From: a virus
Taxonomy: Duplodnaviria > Caudoviricetes
DNA: 45,537 nt
IMG/VR virus record: IMGVR_UViG_3300037478_000050
Coordinates: 1 to 45,537 of that record
Reading direction: 5' to 3' (one strand)
The position numbers were made by a program, and so were the translations under genes. Each line of letters opens with the position of its first letter. The first letter of the stretch is position 1. Positions 25,309-33,660 of the stretch are shown one piece after another. The notes below the pieces were generated by a model, which had not been told where the DNA came from, did no database searches, and was given only the letters and a program-made list of their open reading frames with translations.

Positions 25309-25804
25309 CGAGGTGGTTAATGCCGCCATGCTCATGCTCTCCGCAGACGAGCGCACGCTGTTCGTCGGGCAGAGCGTTGCCTATGATGGCGCGACTATGT
25401 ACCACAGCCTCAAGGGCGTGCCAGCAGAGAAGCGCCTTGAATTTCCCGTGGTGGAAGACATGCAGCTCGGCTTCTGCATCGGTCTATCGCTACGCGGGCG
25501 TATCCCGATTTCAATCTACCCGCGCATGGACTTCCTGCTGCTCGCTATGAATCAGTTAGTCCTGCATCTGGATCGCTTCTGTGAGATGGGCGACTTCCGC
25601 CCCAAGGTCATCGTGCGCACGCGCGTGGGGCCGACGAAACCGCTGAACGCCGGACCGCAGCACACAGGAAACTACACCGAAGCCTTTGACCTGATGCTGC
25701 GCAACGTCGATGTCGTTGAATTGAACCACGCCGACGACGTGATGCCGTGCTATCGTGACGCGCTAACGAATCCGCATTCAACGCTGGTGGTGGAGAACGG
25801 ATGA
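25298..25804 (+). CDS. TPP-dependent E1 beta / transketolase pyrimidine-binding-like subunit (compact)
   Basis: FVGQSV.Y.G, EFPVVEDMQLG..IGLSL.G..PI..YPRMDFLLLA.NQL and GPQH. Confidence 0.85.
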   Translation: MGFSEVVNAAMLMLSADERTLFVGQSVAYDGATMYHSLKGVPAEKRLEFPVVEDMQLGFCIGLSLRGRIPISIYPRMDFLLLAMNQLVLHLDRFCEMGDFRPKVIVRTRVGPTKPLNAGPQHTGNYTEAFDLMLRNVDVVELNHADDVMPCYRDALTNPHSTLVVENG

Positions 25805-25805
25805 C

Positions 25806-26003
25806 ATGGCTGAGCCCGGCCTGCAAGTCGTAGTCCGCTTCCCCGACTCCATTCCGCACGATGTCCAGGGGCCTGCGCTGCTGTGGTTCGAGATGACGCT
25901 GCGCACCTTGAGCAAATTGGACGTGCGCGTGGTGAAGGACTTGAAGGGCGACGATTCGCGTTTACGCAAGTTGATGACGATTCAGCAACGGGAGAAACTT
26001 TAA
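25806..26003 (+). CDS. Hypothetical protein
   Basis: 65 aa; TAATG overlap with the radical SAM gene. Confidence 0.6.
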   Translation: MAEPGLQVVVRFPDSIPHDVQGPALLWFEMTLRTLSKLDVRVVKDLKGDDSRLRKLMTIQQREKL

Positions 26004-27133
26004 TGTTCGACGAACACGCTCAATACGTAGCTGGAAAGGAAATGACGCTGGATGGCAGTAACATCGGCTACCACCGCGAGCGAGTCGAAGCGTGGGCACG
26101 CGGCGAGCGCGTAGCGCCCATCTTCATGGATATCGCTTGGACACGCAAATGTCAGGCGGCTTGTCATTTCTGCTACGCACAAGCTCAAGCTAGCGAAGGC
26201 GGCGACATCACATGGGAGCATGCCAGCCAATTCCTTGAGGACGCCGCTGAGATCGGCGTACTCGCCATGAACTACATCAGCGACGGCGAATCAACGATGG
26301 TTCCGTGGTATGCCAACGCGGTAGAGAAGGCCACGGCCCTAGGGATCGCTATCGGCGCTGGTACCAACGGTATCGCCACTACCAAGCCAGTGCTGGAACG
26401 CATCCTGCCGCGCCTGATGTCGTTCCGCGTCAATTTTTCGGCGGGCGAGAAGAAACGCTATGCCGAGATCATGGGGCTAAAGCAGGCGGTCTACGACATC
26501 GTAATCCGCAATATCCGCGATGCCGTAGAACTGGTGCGCAGCAACGGCTGGCCGTGCATCGTCAACTTGAACCTTGTCTGCGATCCGAAGGACTCTGACC
26601 AGCTCCTGCCATTCGCGCTGCTCGCCAAGGATTTAGGCGTCCACTACGCGATCATCAAGCACTGCGCGGTCGATCCTGACGGCGTGCTGGGCGTGGATTA
26701 CAAGGGCTATGCTGCCATTGATGACATCCTGCACGAGTGCGAGGCTCTGTCGGATGAGACTACGCGCATCGTCGTCAAGTGGAACAAGCTGAAGCATCAA
26801 GGCATCCGCCAATACTCCCGCTGCTTCGGGCCTCCGTTCGCGTTGCAGATGTCAGGGAACGGGCTGATCGCTCCGTGCGGGCCTCTGTTTAACGAGAAGT
26901 ACCGCGCCTTTCACGTCGGCAACATCACTACGGAACGGTTTAAGGACATGTTCCACGGTGAACGCTATTGGGAAGTCATGCGGTATCTCGCGTCCGATGA
27001 ATTCGATCCGCGCAAACGCTGCCCCTCGGACTGCATGCAGAACTTGACCAATGACTGGCTCTATCGCTATCTGGATGGCAAGGTCACGTTCCCCATCGCG
27101 CCCGCACCGGCCAACGTCAATTTCCTTGCATGA
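26003..27133 (+). CDS. Radical SAM / SPASM-domain enzyme
   Basis: CQAACHFC (CxxxCxxC), DGE, TNG and a C-terminal C..P.......G...PC....GNI...C...C cluster. Confidence 0.9.
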   Translation: MFDEHAQYVAGKEMTLDGSNIGYHRERVEAWARGERVAPIFMDIAWTRKCQAACHFCYAQAQASEGGDITWEHASQFLEDAAEIGVLAMNYISDGESTMVPWYANAVEKATALGIAIGAGTNGIATTKPVLERILPRLMSFRVNFSAGEKKRYAEIMGLKQAVYDIVIRNIRDAVELVRSNGWPCIVNLNLVCDPKDSDQLLPFALLAKDLGVHYAIIKHCAVDPDGVLGVDYKGYAAIDDILHECEALSDETTRIVVKWNKLKHQGIRQYSRCFGPPFALQMSGNGLIAPCGPLFNEKYRAFHVGNITTERFKDMFHGERYWEVMRYLASDEFDPRKRCPSDCMQNLTNDWLYRYLDGKVTFPIAPAPANVNFLA

Positions 27134-27522
27134 AAGTAGTGCTTTGCCACGGCGTATTCGATTTGCTGCACGTTGGGCACCTGGAGCACCTGAAGCAAGC
27201 GCGTAAATTCGGTAACTGGCTGATCGTGTCCGTGGTGCCTGATAAGCATCTCAGCAAAGGCCCGACGATCTACAGCGAAACGGAGCGAATAGCACTTCTC
27301 AAAGCATTGAGTTGCGTAAATCAGGTGGTACTTGGAATTGGGCCTGGGCCTGAGGATGTCATTCGACGCTATAACCCAGAGGTCTATGTGAGAGGAGAGG
27401 ATTACATCGGCAAGCACATGCCAGAATCTGATTTGCTGGAAAAGCTCGGCATTCCGGTGCGCTATACCAAGTCCATCCCGCCGCGCACTAGCGAGATCAT
27501 CGAGAGAATACGGTGCCGATAA
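27130..27522 (+). CDS. Nucleotidyltransferase (TagD/RfaE2 cytidylyl/adenylyltransferase family)
   Basis: CHGVFDLLHVGHLEHL, LIVSV..D, P.VYVRG.DY and TS.IIERI. Confidence 0.9.
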   Translation: MKVVLCHGVFDLLHVGHLEHLKQARKFGNWLIVSVVPDKHLSKGPTIYSETERIALLKALSCVNQVVLGIGPGPEDVIRRYNPEVYVRGEDYIGKHMPESDLLEKLGIPVRYTKSIPPRTSEIIERIRCR

Positions 27523-28604
27523 GATTCTGCACCCGCTGCGTGATAAGCAGCATGCGTCCGCGCATCACATTTGACGCCGAAGGCGTCTGCTCCGCCTGCC
27601 GCTTTGCCGAGTTCAAGGCTACGGTGGACTGGCAGCAGCGCGAGCACGAGCTGGCCGCGCTCTGTAAGAGGTTCCGGCGCGGCGGCGGCTCGTTTGACGT
27701 AATCGTGCCAGTCTCGGGCGGAAAGGACGGTGGATTCGTGGCGCATAAGCTCAAGCACGATTACGGCATGACGCCTTTATGCGTGACGTGGGCACCGCTG
27801 CTAGCTACGGACATCGGCAGGCAGAACCTAGACGCCTTCGTTGCAAGCGGCTTTGACGTGATCCAAGGTAGGCCGAATGGACAAACTGCGCGCAAGCTCA
27901 CGCGCTTGGCCTTCGAGCACATGGGCGACCCGTTCCAGCCGTTCATCTATGGGCAGACGAATTTTCCGCTGCGCATGGCCGTGCATTACGGCATCAAGCT
28001 AATCATGTACGGCGAGAACGGTGAGGTCGAGTACGGCGGCGACATGAAAAACGCCTACCGCCCGACGCGCGAAGTGCGTGACCATGACAAGCACTATTTC
28101 TCAGGCAAGCCCCCTGAATTCTGGAGGTCACATGGCGTCACCGAAGCAGAGCTTGAGCCCTTCCAAGCGCCGATCCACGAACAAGCTCGGCAGTGCGAAA
28201 TCCATTTCATGTCGTACTACCATAAGTGGACGCCGCAAGAGAATTTCTACTATTGCTCCGAGCATACTGGGTTCACTCCGAACACCGAACGCACGGAAGG
28301 CACATATTCTAAATATGCATCGCTTGACGACAAGCTTGATGGGCTTCACTACTACCTCGGATATGTCAAGTTTGGGATCGGACGATCTACTTCTGATGCG
28401 TCTCACGAAATTAGGGACGGTCATATCACGCGCGATGAGGCGGTGGCCTTGGTGCACAAGTTCGACGGCGAATTCCCTACGCGGCACTGGCAGGAGGCAT
28501 GCGAGTACATGGGCCTAACGGATGCCGAGGCGCGGAAGATCATCGGAACGTGGAAATCGCCTGAAGTGTGGAACGGCAACAGCCTGCGGTATCGCGTGGC
28601 ATGA
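27513..28604 (+). CDS. N-acetyl sugar amidotransferase (WbuX/PseA/PtmG-like)
   Basis: FCTRCV....RPRI.FD.EGVCSAC, FDVIVPVSGGKDG PP-loop, YGENGE.EYGG, EGTYSKY.SLDD and KFGIGR.T.DA..EIRDGHITRDEA. Confidence 0.9.
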   Translation: MPIRFCTRCVISSMRPRITFDAEGVCSACRFAEFKATVDWQQREHELAALCKRFRRGGGSFDVIVPVSGGKDGGFVAHKLKHDYGMTPLCVTWAPLLATDIGRQNLDAFVASGFDVIQGRPNGQTARKLTRLAFEHMGDPFQPFIYGQTNFPLRMAVHYGIKLIMYGENGEVEYGGDMKNAYRPTREVRDHDKHYFSGKPPEFWRSHGVTEAELEPFQAPIHEQARQCEIHFMSYYHKWTPQENFYYCSEHTGFTPNTERTEGTYSKYASLDDKLDGLHYYLGYVKFGIGRSTSDASHEIRDGHITRDEAVALVHKFDGEFPTRHWQEACEYMGLTDAEARKIIGTWKSPEVWNGNSLRYRVA

Positions 28605-29899
28605 AATTCCTCCGCTCCCTTCTCCTGATCCCCGCCGCGCTGGTCGTCATTGGCGTGCGCGTGCTAGACCTATTCGGCGTCAATATCAAGTTCTCTAACT
28701 TCCTCTCCTCGCGCATCGGCCATCTGGTAGGCAATACCGAGGTCTATTTGTGCGAGCGCGACATGGGCATGCACTCTGGAATTCACATCTGGACGCACTA
28801 CGGGCCTATCGCTAGCGAGCAGATTGCGCTTATGTGGAAGCGCGTCATGCGCGTATGGCCGTCGCATTTTATGGCATTGGTGATTCTCATCAACAAGATG
28901 TTCCCTGGATGGGAAAGGCACGAAATTGGATCGAATACTCTAGACCGCGATCCTAAGAGCCTGCTAGATAAGTGCAAGCCGCATCTCAAATTCACGCTAG
29001 AAGAACGCGCTCGCGGAGAGGTGCAATTAAGGAAATGGGGTCTACCAGCGGGCGCGCAATGGGTATGCCTGATGGTGCGCGATGGTGCTTATTTGCCTGA
29101 GTTTGGCTATCACTCATACCGCGATTGCGACGTGGACACGTATACCGATGCCGCGTTAATGCTCGCCGAGCGCGGCTACTACGTCTTTCGCATGGGTAAA
29201 AAGGTCGCCAAACCATTCGCCGCCAAGCATCCGCGCATCTTCGACTTCGCCACTGATGGCACGTATTCAGATTTCATGGGCGTGTATCTCGGCGCTTACT
29301 GCGCGTTCTGCGTATCGACCAGCACTGGCTGGGATGCCATTCCGCAAGCCTTCCGCCGACCGATGTGCTACACCAATTTCGCGCCATTCGAGTACATCCC
29401 TACATGGCTGCCTAACAGCTTAGCAATCTGGAAGCATCACAAAAAGGCCACGCTTACTAAAATCAAAGGTCGCTTGGTCAATGGCGCATGGGAAGCCTAC
29501 ACGGATACAGGCAAGGGCGAAACTCATGGCAGTACCATATCTCTATCGGATGATGAGCTTACCGACAATGATTGGAGGCGCATTAGCGTTTCAGAAATCG
29601 TTGAATCTGGCGCTGGGAAATTTATGAAGGCAGAGGAATTCTTGCAAAACGGCATCGCTCTCGAAGACAACTCGCCGCAGGAGATACTTGATGTGGTGCG
29701 CGAGATGGCAGACATGATCGAGGGGCGATTTCATCCTGCTAGGCAAGAGGAATTTTGGGATGCGTTTCCTAAATCGGAATTGCACGGCGAGATCCGCATA
29801 AGGATAGGGAGCAAGTTTCTAGAGGGATACCATGCTGAACAACAAGCGGATACTGGGTCTGATACCAGCACGCGGCGGATCGCGGCGGGTTCCGTTTAA
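28601..29899 (+). CDS. Putative glycosyltransferase (TIGR04372-like)
   Basis: SRIGHL..NTE.Y, VCL.VRD.AY....YHSYRD, GYYVFRMG, DFMGVYL...C.F..ST.TG and EDNSPQEI...V.EM; ATG at 28601. Confidence 0.75.
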   Translation: MKFLRSLLLIPAALVVIGVRVLDLFGVNIKFSNFLSSRIGHLVGNTEVYLCERDMGMHSGIHIWTHYGPIASEQIALMWKRVMRVWPSHFMALVILINKMFPGWERHEIGSNTLDRDPKSLLDKCKPHLKFTLEERARGEVQLRKWGLPAGAQWVCLMVRDGAYLPEFGYHSYRDCDVDTYTDAALMLAERGYYVFRMGKKVAKPFAAKHPRIFDFATDGTYSDFMGVYLGAYCAFCVSTSTGWDAIPQAFRRPMCYTNFAPFEYIPTWLPNSLAIWKHHKKATLTKIKGRLVNGAWEAYTDTGKGETHGSTISLSDDELTDNDWRRISVSEIVESGAGKFMKAEEFLQNGIALEDNSPQEILDVVREMADMIEGRFHPARQEEFWDAFPKSELHGEIRIRIGSKFLEGYHAEQQADTGSDTSTRRIAAGSV

Positions 29900-30380
29900 G
29901 AACATCACGCTATTCAGGGGACAGCCCTTGATACGCTGGACGATGGAACACGCCGAAGCCTCTAAGTACCTGGACGCATGGGTAGTGTCCACCGAGGACG
30001 CGGCGATTGCGATTCACGCCAAGGATCATCTTTTGCAGCGCCCCGCGTTCCTGGCCGAGGACAAAGTTCCTACCGAGGCCGTGCTGGTGCATGCGCTCTA
30101 CACGCTACCTGGATACGACTACGCCGTGGTGCTTCAGCCTACGTCACCGCTACGCACCATTGAGGATATTGACCGCTGCATCGAAATCGCTGTGGAGCAG
30201 CACGGGGCCAGCGGGCTTACCGGCTGTGTGTCATACAACGAGTACGGCAAGCGTAACGGAGCTGTCTTCGTCTGCCACGTCGAGCACTTCATGCAGTTTC
30301 TATCATTCGACGCAGCGCACCACTACGAGATGCCAAATGCCAGGAGCCTGGACATAAATTATCCTTGGGAAATGCAATGA
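29832..30380 (+). CDS. neuA: CMP-nonulosonate synthetase (acylneuraminate cytidylyltransferase)
   Basis: LIPARGGSRRVPFKNI..F.G.PLI.W, VSTED, LQPTSPLR...DID and SLDIN. Confidence 0.9.
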   Translation: MLNNKRILGLIPARGGSRRVPFKNITLFRGQPLIRWTMEHAEASKYLDAWVVSTEDAAIAIHAKDHLLQRPAFLAEDKVPTEAVLVHALYTLPGYDYAVVLQPTSPLRTIEDIDRCIEIAVEQHGASGLTGCVSYNEYGKRNGAVFVCHVEHFMQFLSFDAAHHYEMPNARSLDINYPWEMQ

Positions 30381-31192
30381 GAATCCTAATCGTAAGCGGT
30401 AGCCGCGCCGACTTGGGCCTGCTGCATTGCCCTGAGAAGGCGCTGCGCCTAGATCACGAAGTTACGCTGATGAGCGTATGGGAACTTGGCTTCGCGGAAG
30501 CATTCTCCACGATTAGCATCTGCATCAAGGCTTTCGACATGCTTCTGATCCTCGGCGACCGCTTCGAGATTCTAGCCGCAGCGACCGCAGCGCACTTGCA
30601 GCGCATTCCCATTGCACACATAGGGGGCGGCGATGTTACGGAGGGCTCTTACGATGACGCTATGCGGGATTGCATTAGTCGCATGGCTTCTCTACATTTC
30701 TGCACTTCTTTTGCTTCTACTGCCCGTCTGGTTAGCCTTGGGTATCGCAATGTCCATCTTGTCGGCAATCCTGCGGTGGACTACATCATGCACGAAGCAT
30801 GGCAGCGGGAGCGGGAGATAGCCGGGCCTTACGTTGTGGTGAGTTACCAGCCGGAGACGATAGATGACACCGTCGATTTGGAATCAGTCAATGCAGCCAT
30901 TGATGGAAGGCACGCAATATGGATTTCGCCTAACCCTGATAGGGGGTCAGAGCGTATTCCAGGAGGGGAATCCTACAGTCACGACAGGTTCCTTAATCTC
31001 CTGTACCACTGCGAATGCTTTATTGGGAACAGCAGCGCCATGTTCTACGAGGCTCCGTTCCTGAAACCGGGCGGCGTCAAGTGCCGCCTGATCGGCAAGC
31101 GCCAGCGAGGGCGCGTCATTCCTTGGGGCGGCGAAGGGCGCGCGAGCGAGCGCATCAGGGACGTGCTGAGGCTGTGGCCGCAATCTTCGTAA
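30377..31192 (+). CDS. neuC: Hydrolysing NDP-sugar 2-epimerase (NeuC/LegG-like)
   Basis: SGSRADLGLL, LGDRFE.LAAA.AA....IPIAHI.GGD.T.GS.DD..R..IS.MA.LHF, IGNSS and IGKRQ.GR. Confidence 0.88.
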   Translation: MRILIVSGSRADLGLLHCPEKALRLDHEVTLMSVWELGFAEAFSTISICIKAFDMLLILGDRFEILAAATAAHLQRIPIAHIGGGDVTEGSYDDAMRDCISRMASLHFCTSFASTARLVSLGYRNVHLVGNPAVDYIMHEAWQREREIAGPYVVVSYQPETIDDTVDLESVNAAIDGRHAIWISPNPDRGSERIPGGESYSHDRFLNLLYHCECFIGNSSAMFYEAPFLKPGGVKCRLIGKRQRGRVIPWGGEGRASERIRDVLRLWPQSS

Positions 31193-31974
31193 TCGCCGAA
31201 ATCGGCGTCAATCACGATGGCGACTTGGACAAGGCCAAACGCCTGATCGACGCTGCAAAGGCTGCGGGCGCGGATGCGGCAAAGTTCCAATACTTTAGCA
31301 GCCGCAAGCTGTGGAGCGACGACCGGATCAAGCACTTGGAATTGCGCTTCTCGGAAATGGTCGTTCTGCACCACTACTGCCAGCAGGTAGGCATTGAATT
31401 CATGGCTACGCCCTTCGGCGTCGAGGAAGTCATCCTGTTGCGCCAACTCGTGAAGCGTTACAAGATCGCTTCCGGGTGCCTGACGCGCAGGCCGATCCTT
31501 GAGGCCGTGAAAGATACTTCGCTGCCAGTGATCCTCTCAACCGGCATGTCCACGCTGCAGGAAATCGCCGCAGCCGAGCAAGTGCTATACGATGGCGATC
31601 TGACGCTGCTGCACTGCACGTCCGCCTACCCGTGCCCCATCGACCAAGTGAACCTGCGCGCCATGCTTGAGCTACGCGACGCGTTCCGCACGCCGGTAGG
31701 CTACTCCGACCATACCAAGGGCATCACGGTAGCGATAGCCGCCGCAGCGATGGGCGCGCAGGTTATCGAGAAGCACCTGACACTGGACTGCACCGCCAGC
31801 GGACCGGATCATGCAGCGTCTATCGAGCCCGATGAATTCCGCGTTATGGTGCGCGCGATCCGCACGGTGGAGGAGGCGCTAGGCGATGGCGTTAAGCGCG
31901 TGCAGCCGAGCGAGGAGAAACTACGGGAGCAATGGCGTGAGCCTGTTACGGCTGATAGCCCGTCTGGATATTAA
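31174..31974 (+). CDS. neuB: Nonulosonic acid synthase (NeuB/LegI-like), without the C-terminal SAF domain
   Basis: FVIAEIGVNHDGD, GADAAKFQ, KIASG, ILSTGM, LLHCTSAYP, GYSDHT.G and IEKHLTLD...GPDH.AS.EP. Confidence 0.92.
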   Translation: MAAIFVIAEIGVNHDGDLDKAKRLIDAAKAAGADAAKFQYFSSRKLWSDDRIKHLELRFSEMVVLHHYCQQVGIEFMATPFGVEEVILLRQLVKRYKIASGCLTRRPILEAVKDTSLPVILSTGMSTLQEIAAAEQVLYDGDLTLLHCTSAYPCPIDQVNLRAMLELRDAFRTPVGYSDHTKGITVAIAAAAMGAQVIEKHLTLDCTASGPDHAASIEPDEFRVMVRAIRTVEEALGDGVKRVQPSEEKLREQWREPVTADSPSGY

Positions 31975-32767
31975 GGGCGCAAACGTCGTCAAGGGCGTGC
32001 AATTCGAGGGCCTGCGCGTCGTTGGCAAGCCCGAGGAGATGGCGCAGCGGTATGCTGAATCAGGAGCGGATGAAATACTTTACATCGATACCGTAGCGAG
32101 TCTCTACGGGCGCAACCAATTGGAGGCACTGCTTGAAAAAACCGTGGAAAGCGTCTTCGTTCCCATCACTGTTGGCGGAGGAATCGCAAGCATTCAAGAT
32201 GCTCGAAGACTCTTTAACGCTGGAGCAGACAAGATCGCTATCAATACTGCTGCGCTTAAACGGCCCGCACTCATTAACGAACTGGCTGGGCATTTTGGAA
32301 GCCAAGCGGTCGTCGTCAGCATCGAGGCCAAGCGCGTTAACGGAGGCTGGGAGTGCTACACGGACAATGGGAGAAATAGGGGCGCTTCCGATATACGTGA
32401 GTGGGTCACCGACGTGGTGGGACGAGGCGCAGGGGAAATATTGCTCACCAGCGTTGACCGCGACGGCACTCGCCGAGGCTTCGACACCGAACTCGTCGCC
32501 GCAATCGCTCCCCACGTCCCCGTCCCCGTCACCGCAAGCGGAGGATGCGGGAGCCTGGAGCACCTGAAAGCCGTGCTACAGGCCGGGGCCGACGCCGTGG
32601 CCGTGGGCTCGGCGCTGCACTACGGAAAGGTCACGTTCGAGGAGATGCGGCGCGTAGGTGTCGAAATTACGTCACTTCGCCGCCACTCCCTTGGACTTCT
32701 CGTAGGTACGGAATCCGCCCAAGCCAAGCAGCCCGAACAGCAATTGCATGGTAATCGTGGTGTCTAA
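31937..32767 (+). CDS. hisF: HisF-like cyclase (WbuZ/AglZ-type partner of the sugar amidotransferase)
   Basis: RLIARLDIKG.NVVKG.QFEGLR, GADEI.YID.VASLYGRN, VGGGI, GADK..INT and GAGEILLTSVDRDGT..GFD. Confidence 0.88.
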   Translation: MSLLRLIARLDIKGANVVKGVQFEGLRVVGKPEEMAQRYAESGADEILYIDTVASLYGRNQLEALLEKTVESVFVPITVGGGIASIQDARRLFNAGADKIAINTAALKRPALINELAGHFGSQAVVVSIEAKRVNGGWECYTDNGRNRGASDIREWVTDVVGRGAGEILLTSVDRDGTRRGFDTELVAAIAPHVPVPVTASGGCGSLEHLKAVLQAGADAVAVGSALHYGKVTFEEMRRVGVEITSLRRHSLGLLVGTESAQAKQPEQQLHGNRGV

Positions 32768-33088
32768 GGCAGGGAAAGCTCCGCTGTAGCCTGCCAAGGT
32801 GGCTGCGAACCGCGCCAGAGGCTCCAGGATCGCCGCATAGGCGAGTCCTGCGGCACCGACCCATCCAACGCACGGACGCCAGCCTGAGACGAAAATCGAC
32901 GGATGGGCGGCTTCCTGGAGATTTACCTTTACCTGTTCCAGCGCCAACTGGAACTCCTGGCTCTGCTGCACCGCCGCAAACTCTAGCTTGGCCTTCTCGG
33001 CTGCTGCCTTGTCTGGGATCACACGGTCGATGATCTTGCCTACGGCGTCGATTACCGGGCCTGCTAACAGGTTGAGGATGGGGTTCAT
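32672..33088 (-). CDS. Holin (3TM / GTA-type)
   Basis: F.SGWRP.VGWV...LAY...LLFGLLGLGG.RTYEK.KGV; adjacent to the endolysin. Confidence 0.85.
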   Translation of the reverse strand: MNPILNLLAGPVIDAVGKIIDRVIPDKAAAEKAKLEFAAVQQSQEFQLALEQVKVNLQEAAHPSIFVSGWRPCVGWVGAAGLAYAAILEPLARFAATLAGYSGAFPALDTTITMQLLFGLLGLGGFRTYEKSKGVAAK

Positions 33089-33390
33089 TTTTGATCGTAT
33101 TCCACGTGAATATGCTCGTTCGGCGTCCCTACGGCCTCCAGCACCACGTCGAAGTCTTGGCCTAGCGCGGCCTTGATCTTGTCGCGCAAATAGACCTTAT
33201 CGTTCGTGTAGTTATGAGTGCGGAAGTCCAGCGCGCAGCCCTTGTAATGCAGGCTCGCTTCGCTGTGCTTGGAATCGTTGGCGCTGGTGATAACGCATTC
33301 CGTATCACCGTAAATCTCGTCTACCACCATTGCCGCCAGCACCATCTGCGGCTGAAGTCCTGCTAGGCGTACTCCGGCTTTGAGGATCAT
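33085..33390 (-). CDS. Endolysin, peptidase M15/Hedgehog-like Zn peptidase
   Basis: ITS.ND..H...SLHYKG.ALDFR...HIHVEYD. Confidence 0.82.
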   Translation of the reverse strand: MILKAGVRLAGLQPQMVLAAMVVDEIYGDTECVITSANDSKHSEASLHYKGCALDFRTHNYTNDKVYLRDKIKAALGQDFDVVLEAVGTPNEHIHVEYDQK

Positions 33391-33656
33391 TGCCTACGCG
33401 CCTGCCGGTCGCGCTCGCGCTGCGCAGCCTCGATGCCTTCGAGCTTGCGCAGGATTAGGTCAACGTTCTTAGCCGTGTCCTTCACATCGCGCTTGATCTC
33501 CTTCGTTTCCTCCTTGAGCTGGTCCACGCGCTCTTTCTGCTTCGCCTGCTCGCCTGCGGACTGCGCATAGGTTGCGGCAATCGCCCCGGCCATTGCGAGG
33601 ATGGTCAGCATGTTTCCGGGGGAGAAATATTTGCGTCTGTCTTTGTCGATGGACAT
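33387..33656 (-). CDS. Single-TM coiled-coil protein of the lysis region
   Basis: MSIDKDRRKYF.PGNMLTILAMAGAIAATY followed by a charged coiled coil; ATGA overlap with the endolysin. Confidence 0.55.
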   Translation of the reverse strand: MSIDKDRRKYFSPGNMLTILAMAGAIAATYAQSAGEQAKQKERVDQLKEETKEIKRDVKDTAKNVDLILRKLEGIEAAQRERDRQARRQ

Positions 33657-33660
33657 GGCA

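Noticed and set aside
24742-25804. Pyruvate dehydrogenase auxiliary metabolic genes
   Set aside because: No E2 or E3 genes, truncated subunits and a position inside a sugar cluster favour a sugar-tailoring role.
31937-32767. Histidine biosynthesis gene
   Set aside because: No other his genes are present, and the VASLYGRN-type sequence and WbuX-like neighbour point to the glycan-associated HisF paralog.
22011-32767. Flanking host LPS locus next to a prophage
   Set aside because: The cluster is internal to a circularly closed contig, overlaps phage genes at both ends, contains interspersed phage-type ORFs, and no integrase or att site was found. Read-level confirmation is still needed.
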